Of a DNA stretch of 64,000 nt, positions 51,809 through 63,542 are shown piece after piece. The position numbers were made by a program, and so were the translations under genes. The number at the start of each line of letters is the position of its first letter. Within the stretch, counting starts at the first letter, position 1. This stretch comes from Rhynchobatus australiae (Eukaryota). The stretch covers positions 114,903,116 to 114,967,115 of the forward strand of contig JAUZTB010000064.1 in assembly GCA_034780895.1 (NCBI GenBank), given 5' to 3'. The notes beneath the pieces were generated by a model that made no database searches, had not been told where the DNA came from, and was given only the letters and a program-made list of their open reading frames with translations.

Positions 51809-54800
51809 AAATTTAGTTCCATTGAAGTCAATGAAACTGTATTTCGGAGAGAGAGGACACATGCTTTTGCTGTTGTTTAGCACTGCCATCTGGGGATGAG
51901 TCTTCCCCTCAAATTCAAATGAGCCCTAAAGAATTAGTACAGACCAAATTAGAATTAATACAAAACTTCAAAAAAAATATGTCCAGCATTTTGTGATATA
52001 GAATAATACCTGGAAAAATCTGGAGCTATGACAACTTGATAGGTGTGCAAAGTGAACCTCCCACAGCAAGTTCCAGACCACTGCTGGGAACCAACTGAAG
52101 TCTGTCCCCTTTACATTATTTAGTTACCTGGCTCTTTGAACCCCAAAACAAACCAAATGTTAATTGGTGCACTTGTTGAAGTTCAATAGCTTTGTGGGCA
52201 CAAAAGAATTCTTTTAACTGTACAAACTTTAGCTGTGGAATGGGTACTACTTAACACCTGGTTAATATAGTCTAGTCAAGGTTAGTAGTTTTGTTTTGCA
52301 TACAGGACAAAACAGGCTGAACTTTTACATTTTACTCTGCTGCTTCTAAGTTTGACAACTAATGCTTTCAATATTTTGTGGAACATCTTTTGACCATATC
52401 GTTATATTTAAGCTCAGTTGAATGTAAACCAGCATCTTTCTTTTCCATAATATTTTAGTTAAATGGCTTTTGTGGAAGCAAAACATCTTCCCTTGTTTTA
52501 AATTCAGCTGTCCAAGAAGGCTACCAAAAAGGAATGTTGAAAGCTTTTTCAAGCATGTTATTCATTAGCAAGCAGCCCAGGGATTGTGCTAGCATTTAGC
52601 CCCTTGTTTGTACAAGGATTTTAACTGCTTGTTTTGAATTCATTCAGCTGAATTTTAAATGAGCAATTGGAATGAGAAGGTGCACCAGCTTTTTGTTTCT
52701 TGCTCTCGACTGTTTAATAATATAAATCTAACACTCCAAGCTTAATTTGGCAAGAGTTGACCTTCAGTACTAAAAATAAAATCTGAAAAGAAAATCACCC
52801 AGCTAAGAATTGTTTCACATAAATTTGACCTGGTGAAAGCATTAATGAATATACTATGAAACATTTTTGCTGTATTTCAGGATAAAAGAATAAATCTTGA
52901 TTTAAAGAGACCCACGATTAGTTGTAACGTTAGACTTTGTTTGATAAACCTTTATTTTAGCTGTAAAATAAAGACTAAAAATACTGTAGGCTGTTTAGTT
53001 TTTATAATTTTTAAACTAAAAGTTTAAAAATATATTACACGGATGAGGCCATTTTATTTACACGCAAAGCATTCTGATAACATGGATAGGTCATCGGTTT
53101 GAGGCTGCNNNNNNNNNNNNNNNNNNNNNNNNNNNNNNNNNNNNNNNNNNNNNNNNNNNNNNNNNNNNNNNNNNNNNNNNNNNNNNNNNNNNNNNNNNNN
53201 NNNNNNNNNCAGACTTCATCCACAACACAGATCCATTCATTTGGTATTTGATCATGGAATCAAAACTGGCCTGGTTGCGAGGCAACTCGGTCAGATCAGT
53301 AAACAGCCCATAAGACCATCTGCTTGCTCATCATCTGAAATATAAGGCAAAATGATGTGTTTAATCTCCATGCCATTTAAAGGGAGTGTATTTTCAATAG
53401 GGACTGCTTAACTTTCACACATCAGTGGTGGTATTGCACATTAGTACAGCACAACATTGCTCGCTAACTGTTTTCAGTAAGTTGAGAGAAATGTTTCAAC
53501 ATAGTGGAACAGAGATAGACTGAGAGAGAGATTCAACTCCAATCACAGTGGAGAACTACCAAGTGGCTTTGTCATTTAAATCTATTTGATGGAATAATTC
53601 CACATCCCACAAAAACACACGAAAATAGAAGCAAGAGCAGGGCACCAGGCCCTTCAAGCCTGCCCTGTCATTCAATATGATCACGATTGATCAATACTGG
53701 GCTCAACTCCTCTTCTATGCTAATTTCCCATATCCCTCAATTCCTCAGTCTTTCAAATATTCATCAGTCTCCGTCTTAAATGATCTTACTTCCACCATCC
53801 TTAATGGCAGAGAATTCCAGAGATGCACTGCCCTCTGAGAAAAGACATTTCTAACACCTGTTTTAAATGACTGACCCCATATTTGGTCACCATGTCCCCA
53901 TGTTTATGACTCTCCCATTAGTGAGAACATCTCTACATCTACCCTGTCAAGTCCCCTTAGAATTTTATATGTTTGAATAAAATCAGTCCTCAATCTTCCA
54001 AACTCAGAATACAGACCCAAAATGTCTAGCCTCTCTTGACAGGACAACCCTCTCATCCTGGGTATTAGCCTGCTGAACCTTCTTTGGACTGCCTCTAATG
54101 CTACTATATCCTTTTTTAGGTAAGGGGACCAAAGCTGTGCACAGTATTCCAGGTGTGGCCTCATCGACACCTTGTACAGCTGTAACAAAACCTCACTACT
54201 CTTAAATTCCCTTTGCAATGAAGACTAAAATGCCATTTGCCTTTTGTTGGAGCTGCCTGCTAATTTTTTGTGATTCATGCACTAGAACACTTAGATCCCT
54301 CTGAGCATCATTCCTTGACAGTCTCTCTCCATTTAAATTATANNNNNNNNNNCCGCTTTTTAATTCCTCTTACTAAGGTGCATGACCCCACACTTCCCCT
54401 CATTAAACTCCATTTGTCAGGTTTTCACGCAGTCATTCAATCTATCTATATCCTGTTCCAGAATCACAATGTTCTCGTCACAATATGTCTTTCCACCTAT
54501 TTTCGTATCAACAGCAAACTTGGGAACCTTACATTTTGTACCTCTTCCAGGTCATTAATGTAAATAGCGAACAATTAAGAGCAAAGAACTGATCCCAGGG
54601 GTACTCCACTAACTACTTCCCTCCAGCCTGAGAAGGACCCATTTAATCTAACTTTGGTTTTCTATGTGACAGGCAGTTTTCAACCACGCTAACACACTTC
54701 CTCCAATACCTTGGGTTATTAATTTATGCATCAGTCGCATATCTGGCACCTTGTCAAATTCCTTTTGCAAATCCAAATGCAAGTCACCCCCGGAAAATGA

Positions 54801-55210
54801 ATGGGTTTCAGTTTTACAGCTGTCCTAAATCGATTTTGCCCATGTCGGAAAATACACAAGAATCACTTGATGTGGTAACCATACCTCCAGTGTATTGTAA
54901 TAAATGGCATCAGAAGCACATAAGACTGATAAGAAAGAGCAATTACTAAAAGTGGGGAGAGAGAGGAAACTAGTTCAGCTATTCATAGTAATGAAAATAT
55001 GTATGTGCAATGGATTTTTGAATTTAATAATATCATGGGAGCTCATTCGTATGTAGTGGTGTCCATAAGTCAGATGCATGTTACCCAGAAACAGCCTGTA
55101 CACTACATCTATTGATTCCACTCTATCAACTTTCTCTGTAACCCCATCAAAGGATCGAGCAAAATTGTCAAACATGATTTATCTTTCATAAAACTATGCT
55201 GACTAGGTTA

Positions 55211-55400
55211 AAACACAAACAAATTCTGGAGGAACTCAGCAGGTTAGGCAGCGTCTATGGAGTGAAATGAACAGTTGACATTTCAGGTCAAGACCCGTCA
55301 TCAGAACCTTCATAGCTGCAGCCTGACCTGTTGAGTTTGTCCATCATTTTGTGTGTGTTGCTCCAGATTCCAGCGACTGCAGAACCTTTTGTGTCCCCTT
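55211..55400. mobile_element. Palindromic PLE-terminus element with 11-bp TSD, nested in CR1
   Basis: TSD tgactaggtta at 55200-55210 and 55401-55411; inverted arms ggaactcagcaggttaggc and gcctgacctgttgagtt. Confidence 0.88.
55272..55308 (-). ncRNA. Minimal type-I hammerhead ribozyme motif (best-preserved core in the window)
   Basis: Minus strand GGUU-CUGAUGA-C-GGGUC(UU)GACCU-GAAAU-GUC-AACUG: intact CUGANGA, GAAA and GUC cleavage triplet; helix I GUU/AAC; helix II hairpin. Activity is not shown. Confidence 0.65.
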
Positions 55401-56366
55401 TGACTAGGTTATTCAGCTTTCCTAAATAATTATTTACTTCCTCTTTGGTTATTGACTCAAGTGTCTTGCCAACAATAGATGTTACACTATCTGGCCTATA
55501 CAGTAGTTATTTACCTTCTGTCTTCCCTTTTTGAAGAAGGGAGTCATATTAGCTGTTTTCTAGATTTCTGGTACCATCTCAGAATTTAGTGAGTTTTGAA
55601 AAATTTCAGCCAATGGATCCACAATCTCTGTGCCACTTCCTTCCAAACCCTTGGGTGCAACCCATCAAATTCCAGCCATTTGTCTACCTTTAGCTCTGTC
55701 TTTTTCTCTAATACTTTATTCCTTGTTAGTGGGATTTTTACAAGTTCTTCCCTGTTATTTGTAATTAACCCATCTGTTATCTTACGGATATTTGCAGAAT
55801 CTTCCATCATGATGCCTGTTGCAAAAGTGTTGATTGAATAAGTCTGCCATTCCTTTGTTTCCTGTTATTATTTCACCAGCCTCATTCCTTCGAAGTCCTA
55901 CACCAACTTTAGGTGCCTTTTTCCTATTTATATATCCATAGAAACCCTCACTGTTTGATTTGATATTACACACAAGTTTCCTCTCAAAATCAATTCTCTC
56001 CCTTTTTTATAAACATTTTAGTCTTTTGTTGCCGCATCCAATAAACTTCCCTGTTTCTCTGGCCTCCCACCAGCCCTACTTGTCAACTTAACATTATCCT
56101 TTGTTAGACCTTGAGAGGTCACATTTTGGGGGCCTATGGACTACTCCCAGGTATGTCTTCTTTCCCCTGCTATTCATGATTTCAACCCAATGCGATTCTC
56201 TATTACTATTCACTTCCTCTACATCATGACTCAACACCACTCTGATTAACTGCCTTGACTAACAACACTATCTACCTCCTTTCCCTTTGGCCTGTTCTTT
56301 TGGAACATCATATAACATGGAATATTGAGCACCCAGTCCTGGTCACCCTGCAACCATGTTCCTGTA

Positions 56367-56510
56367 GGCACGGTAGTGTAGTGGTTAGCATGACAGTATT
56401 ACAGTGCCAGTGACCCGGGTTCAATTCCGGCTGCTGTCTGTAAGGAGTTTGCACGTTCTCCCCGTGTCTGTGTGGGTTTCCTCTGGGTGCTCCAGTTTCC
56501 TCCCACATTC
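56367..56510 (+). mobile_element. V-SINE 5' half (runs into gap)
   Basis: ggcacggtagtgtagtggttagc...gggttcaattcc...gtgggtttcctctgggtgctccagtttcctcccacattc. Confidence 0.85.
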
Positions 56511-57077
56511 NNNNNNNNNNNNNNNNNNNNNNNNNNNNNNNNNNNNNNNNNNNNNNNNNNNNNNNNNNNNNNNNNNNNNNNNNNNNNNNNNNNNNNNNNN
56601 NNNNNNNNNNGCCACTGTTCATCTACTGATCTGTCTCTTACCTTATTTTCCAGTCCAACTAAGATAACTCCACATTCATACCATTCTAAAAGCCCCAATT
56701 TGAGTTGAAGACAGTGGTTTTGGTCCTGTAGTGTTCACCCTCAAACTGCATCTGGAATGGTCACAACCTTCTATGGGATCTTTAACCACAAGCTCTCTTA
56801 TTAATCCTACTTCATTAGTCATGACCAAATCTAAAATAGCCTATTGCCGGGTAGGTTCTATAACATACTGCTCCAAGAAGCAACCCCTGGCGCATTCCAC
56901 AAAATCTTCTTCCATGATACCCTTGCTGGTTTGGTTTGTCCAATCATAGATGGATACAAAACTCCCATAACAATTGCAGTTAGCTTCCAACATGCCCTTG
57001 ATATTTCCCCATTTACACTCTGCACTATCAAGAGGACACGTCTTCATTCCACTGCTGTGCATGATTTCAACCCAAAT

Positions 57078-57256
57078 CACAGGTTGTGGAGGTTGGTAAG
57101 TTAATTGGCCATTGTTAAATTCCCCCTACTGTGTAGGTGAGTGATAGAATCTGGAGGACTTGATGAAAATTTGGAGAGAATGACATGGAATTGGTGTAGG
57201 ATTAGTGTAAGTGGGTGCTTGTTGGATGATGTGGGCTTGGTGGGCCAAAGGGCTTG
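57078..57256 (+). mobile_element. V-SINE 3' half
   Basis: ggttggtaagttaattggccattg...ggtgggccaaagggcttg; homologous to 26950-27130. Confidence 0.75.
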
Positions 57257-60200
57257 TAGAGTACATGAACAGGAAAAGGTCTACCTCTGTTGATCTTGCT
57301 ATCACCTGGAATGTTGGGTAGAGGCTAACTCATTTATTAGAGAGAGAAATAACCAATAACGGATTAATAAACTGCCCAGCAGTATGCCAAAGGAGACGTG
57401 TAAACATGTTTTATTTTCTAACTGAATAGAATGAAAGTTAATGCAGCCACAGTTCACTCACATGTAGAGAAACCATGGGTAAAACCCTGCAGATGTTTCA
57501 CCTCCAATTAGTTGAATTAGCATAAATTCAGTGATCTAAATTTGATTCAGTTCAGGTATGTAAGTTAATTTGTGTGGGAGCATAAGTGAATATTGCACTG
57601 AAATCATCAGTCTGACCTTAAAGACCACATTGCATGTATTGGATGATGCTGTCAACTCGATTCCCTGCTTTATAAACATTTAGGGTAGGAGTTTCTTCTT
57701 AGCTCATTACTCCCCGTCACTGCCCAAAATGCACTGCTGGTGTATAAGCATCTTTAAACAAATTCCCATTTATTGAAGATTGTAATGCAAGCACATTGAT
57801 AATGAATTTATGATTAACTGTAAATGCTTTGTGCTGTGGAGGAAACAGACATTAATATTNNNNNNNNNNNNNNNNNNNNNNNNNNNNNNNNNNNNNNNNN
57901 NNNNNNNNNNNNNNNNNNNNNNNNNNNNNTCTAGCATTGTGAATTTTAGCCTTTTGGAGACAGGTACAGATTTTTTTGCACCCTCACTCAAATACAGTGC
58001 TTAGGCAATCCCCGGTCAATGGCTGTAATAGGGGATTGATGTTTGAAAAATACCTTTGTGTAGCTCTTGCAAGTGGTCGATCAGCAACTTGTGCTGGCAG
58101 TGGAAGATGGCTGCTTCATATAAACTGATCCTTTTTTTAAAAAAAGCCTGGACACAAATCAGAGGAGCCACATGGCTCAATCAGTAGAATTACTACCGTA
58201 CAGATTAGCTGCAAGTGGGATGTGAAGAGATGACATCTTAAATCATGTTCTAAAATTAATCTCTGTAAAGCAAAGCGGTGATCCTTGAGTTAGTTATCTT
58301 AAATTACGGAATATATTTGTAGAAATTGGACCCACTTATCCCTGTTTTATATGCATAAATTGCAGACAAAATCATTTTACTCAGGATTTGAAGCATTTGT
58401 GTTCCCATTGAGGTCATGCCCTTGGGAAATTGGACCAGGTACTTCTGAGCTCGATTCATCCTAACGAAGGAATCATTTCCCTATTGCTATTGGTGGCATG
58501 TGAAATCATCATCAACATATGTGGGGTTCATTTTTTTTTAATTTTCTGACAGAAATTGAATCAAAAGGCAGAAAATAGCAAAGCATGGAAGTGTCTGTGA
58601 ATTGAACGTTCAGTGTTGGGAAATCATTTTTATATGCATCAACTTTTTCATTTTTATTTCCTGATCTTTTCACTGCAGGCAGCAGTAAGTCAGATCATAG
58701 CATCTCTGCCCTGTGCTCCTGGGTACAAGATGCTGATCAGTGCCTCATGTAGTTGAGGTGCTCTCCATGAGAACATGCAAGTTCCCTCACCTCAGAAATT
58801 TCCCTCTAACGTTCCCTCATCTCCCTGCCAATGTGCACTTTGACCAAGCTGAACTCTTTCAGTGAGCAGCATGTGACTGATGCAGCCACTGTGATCTCAG
58901 TGAGCAGCTGCCATCTGTACACAAGCAAGTTGTGTTCTATCACTTCTAAATTGGGGAGAACCATCACTAGACCTTCTGAAAGGCAGGATGCTCTAATTTT
59001 ATGGGGGGGTTTGTCATAATCTCCAATCTGGCTTTTGCACTATGTGGGAAAACATATTCAGTGTCTAAAATAAAGGTGAAATGTAGTTTTTAAACAATGA
59101 TGTTTCTTTAGCATCCTGATTTATCAAAGTATCTCAAGCTGTCGCAGAAGGACAAAGTATTTGAAATCAACTTTATCCCACTTATAATGCACTTATGACA
59201 TAGAATGTTGGATGCTATAAATTATTCCCATTATAGAAAGTGCCAAATTTCCTTGCCAAAATTTTTATATATTTGTATGTTAATCTCAGTGCAATTGGTG
59301 GAGATACTGTTGCCATGGTCATCTACATAATAACATGCAATACTCCAAAAAATAAGTTTATGAACTGTTTTGGCAAGGTGCTAACACAGTGTATAAATAC
59401 AAGTGATTTTTTTTTNNNNNNNNNNNNNNNNNNNNNNNNNNNNNNNNNNNNNNNNNNNNNNNNNNNNNNNNNNNNNNNNNNNNNNNNNNNNNNNNNNNNN
59501 NNNNNNNNNNNNNNNNNNNNNNNNNNNNNNNNNNNNNNNNNNNNNNNNNNNNNNNNNNNNNNNNNNNNNNNNNNNNNNNNNNNNNNNNNNNNNNNNNNNN
59601 NNNNNNNNNNNNNNNNNNNNNNNNNNNNNNNNNNNNNNNNNNNNNNNNNNNNNNNNNNNNNNNNNNNNNNNNNNNNNNNNNNNNNNNNNNNNNNNNNNNN
59701 NNNNNNNNNNNNNNNNNNNNNNNNNNNNNNNNNNNNNNNNNNNNNNNNNNNNNNNNNNNNNNNNNNNNNNNNNNNNNNNNNNNNNNNNNNNNNNNNNNNN
59801 NNNNNNNNNNNNNNNNNNNNNNNNNNNNNNNNNNNNNNNNNNNNNNNNNNNNNNNNNNNNNNNNNATGATGACTGACTGTGTCAGAAATCAGGATTTCAT
59901 TCTCCACCATTAATGTTACTCACACTGATAAATAAAAATATCAAAACTAATTCAGGAAATGATGCATCAAATTGAACATGCTTCATATGATACAGATTCT
60001 ATTGAAAGACAAGTAAAGTTCCATTGAACAGATATGATGTTTTAAAATTTGTTGGATAAGGCACCTTTTTGAGGAGATCAGTGAAAAGAGTGACTCATAA
60101 AATGCAGCAAATGTGGCTATAAACCAAGGGTAACTAATTACATGAGTCTGTAATCTCCCAGACTGCCAGAAGGATACAAATTCATTTATTTTCCTCAAAG

Positions 60201-62935
60201 TTTGTGTACAGTCTCTTTTAGTTGTAGAATAATCCTTCTGCAGTGGAAAATAACTTGGATTCCTTACAGCTAGACATCAGTTAATATTATGCATTCTTTA
60301 GGTGACCTAATTGTGGAAAGAAATTGGAGATTAGTACTTGTGATTTTGGAACAGAAATATTTATAAAGTTCACTGGTTGCACAATATCCACAGAAGGAAG
60401 TTAGGCAGAGCATGTCAGTCTGAGGCCCCAACCTCTCATATTGAACAAGTAGACTACAAGTACCAAACAAGACAGGTTGCTGGATACTGGCTAGAGTGAT
60501 AGCAGGTATCTCAGGGAGCACCAAGCAAGCAGCAACATAAATCAGAAAGTGAAATAGAATTGGGGGGGGCGGGGAGGAGCGGTGGTGGTGGTGGTCATTG
60601 GTGGCAGTGTGGGATGTGGAGGTTGCTGTGATGAAGTAGAGGAAGTTCATATCCAATTCACATTCTAAAAGAGCTCTATAATGGCTGCTGAGTTGGGATC
60701 CTATGGAAGGTGCAGTGGGCCACTCAGTTGCATTCTGGGGTAGTGGGTCTATTATCTAATTTTGAGAACTGACCCTGCCTATTATGGCTGTTTTCCATGT
60801 TAAAACCAACATAATATGCACTATTTCCCTGTGATTCCTATTGAAAAACGGGCAGGATTGGGCTGAAGTTGCAAGTGTTAGTAGTTCTGGTACATTTGTA
60901 GGAACTTCTTTGAATAGAGGTAGTAACAAATAATGAAGGACATATCTACATACAAGTAGTAGTTTTTCACTCCAGCTGACATTGTGGTCTAGATATTGCT
61001 TCATGCTTTTTATGTCCAGTAAACAACATTGTGGGTTAACTTAACGCTATTTGAGAAAATCACATAAAGAATGAGAACTTCAAATGTGAAGCTCAATTGC
61101 ATCGTTGGTTTTCCCTACATAACACCTGGCTGAAGCTGACATTGCCAGCAATACCTCAAAGAAGTACCTGCATAGCAAACTGGCTAGAAGATTGAAAGCC
61201 CAAGGGACTGAAAGAAGTGATGTTGGCTCCAAATTTGGACTTCACATTCCACTGAATTTTTGAATAATTGGTGCACAAGCCAGTCATTTCCATGCTGCAC
61301 TGAAACTGATCAATGTGTCCCTGCAGGCACAGACAAATTTCAAATCCATTGTGGCATTGACTTTACATCCCATTTCCAATAATTTCCATTCATATAGGCA
61401 CTTTTTCTTCATTTGTCTAAACATAGAATTTTATACCACAGATCAAAACTTCAGAAGAGCTAGTTGAACCAATGATTGTAAATATGGGGATTAAATTACC
61501 ACCCAGTTCCTGGGTTCCACGCAGCCAAAAAAGACTAGGAAGCATGTGAAGTACTGATTGTGGTAAAGGTTCTTGTGCCTGTAAATCCATTGACTAATCA
61601 AAACATGGAGCAGCAAGATGATGGTAGGAATTAGTATACAAAGTTTATTTGAAGCAAATTTACAACTTCGCATTACATCTAGCACTTTTCTCCCATACCA
61701 GAATATATTGTAAATCAGTGTGTAGTGCTCAGACTAGCTTTGAGTAAAGCATTGTGTATCTTATCTGTTGTTGCAATTGTGTCTCCTGTAGAAATTTCAT
61801 TTACAGTAAAACTCCAATGATACGCTATCAGAGTTTTTGGAAATTACTGTGGTATTTGGATTCCTATGTATTCAGCCATTCTTCAACATGTTATGCAATA
61901 GTTTATCTACTAAAGGACTCCCATCATTTCTTGTTGCCACATGATGCCTCCCCATTAAGAGGCACAGGCTGCATATTCATGATATCATACCCCATGCTGG
62001 ACAATACAAGTAGTTGTGGCTGCGTGAATTCAACTTGCTGCCAGTATTGCATTAAGCAGATACATGNNNNNNNNTCCAAATTGTTAACATGTACTGTATA
62101 TTATATAACGATGTCCCAGCACCCATTTCCTGTTATCTCTTCATTGTCTTTTCATGGAAATCTAACTGCCCGAGCTATTTTAATTTCTTCTAGGATTATG
62201 ACAAAAGCACAGTTATGTTACTCTTTTATACCTCATGCTGCCAGGTACAAATTATGTAATAACACTGAACCATGAAGGACTGTGCAAGTTTTCATGGCGA
62301 TTAATCCCCAGGCTGGAAATCAAGCAGCTCCAGAGATATCAATTGGCAGTCTCACAATGTTTGATGACTGAGAGGAGTGGAAAATAGCAACTCATTATTG
62401 GAGAACTGCACATTTTTAAAACCTAAAGCAATTCTACTCCAATATATAAAATGGTGGGATAATGTGAAAGTACCAGAAGTTGTAAATGTCAGCATTTCTG
62501 CAGAAGTATTAAAGACAACACTGAAACATTTCTCCCCTATGTTTTAAATTAGACAAATGCCTGATTTAATTTATAAACCGCTGAGCATGTCTCTGTTTGG
62601 AATTTTGCACTGCTTTTCCTCTCTTTCAATCTCACACATGAATTTATTCCTTCAGTATTAGCAGTGGAATGCACTTTACCATTAACATATTACAATCTCT
62701 TCTTGGATCAACTATCCAAAACACTCTACCCCTTNNNAGGTGTCCACTGCTTAGCTCTGCAGCTACAAAACACACAATGAAGACTTGAGGGAATATCTTA
62801 GTGAACAACTTCATGGAGCAGCTGATAGCTCTCTGTTTGGCAAACCAAGTTACAATGCACTCATTTTGTTCTTCTTGAAAATATTCCATTTTAATTATGT
62901 CAGCAGGCTTTGCAATTAGCACAAGGTATACACTA

Positions 62936-63226
62936 GGGGCAGACATGGTAGTGTAGTGGTTAGCGTAATGCTTTAGAGTGCCAGCGACCTGGGTTCAATT
63001 CTGGCCGTCTGTATGTTCTCCCTGTGTCTGCATGGGTTTCCTCCGGGTGCTCTGGTTTCCACCAACACTCCAAAAGACGTACGGGTTAGGAAGTTGTGAG
63101 CATACTATGTTGGCGCCGGAAGTGTGACGACACTTGCGGGCTGCCCCCAGAACACTCTACACAAAAAGATGCATTTCACTATGTGTTTCGATGTGCATGT
63201 GACGAATAAAGACATCTTATCTTATC
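62936..63226 (+). mobile_element. Full-length tRNA-derived V-SINE with non-CR1 tail
   Basis: A-box tagtgtagtgg, B-box gggttcaattc, V-domain gggtttcctccgggtgctctggtttcc, tail ...catgtgacgaataaagac followed by a short atctt repeat. Confidence 0.88.
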
Positions 63227-63542
63227 TGATGTACAGTTTAAATTGCAGCATAAATATTAAATTTATAGATCTTCATTTGGTAGAATTCAATTTAATTCAT
63301 GGTTGTGCTAACTGATGAGCTTTGAATCAGAAGAACAATTTTGGGCACAATTAAAGATTAAAGGATGAAGTTGGGCTTGATACACCCCTTTCTTTGGGTG
63401 CATTGAACACCCCTGGAACTCCAAAATAGCATCTGGTCAGTGCACATTTAAAAGGCAGATGTTGCTGTATGCTGTGTTGGTGAAGAAGTAGAGTGATATT
63501 GGGACATGTTAGCTGTTGTACAGTAAATATAACCGTGAATGT

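Larger units (their letters stand above)
53615..57075 (-). mobile_element. Long decayed CR1 LINE (APE endonuclease to RT to 3' UTR) with nested insertions
   Basis: FVECARGCFLEQYVIEPTR (endonuclease), LKVDK...DGLHPRVWKE, VDVVY-like motif, RPHLEYCAQLWSPYLKKDIVALEAVQRRF; CR1 3' end at about 53620. Confidence 0.88.

Noticed and set aside
62940-63010. tRNA-like A/B-box sequences (also at 24628, 36835, 50805, 56367)
   Set aside because: These are SINE heads followed by V- or Deu-domains, with no complete cloverleaf.
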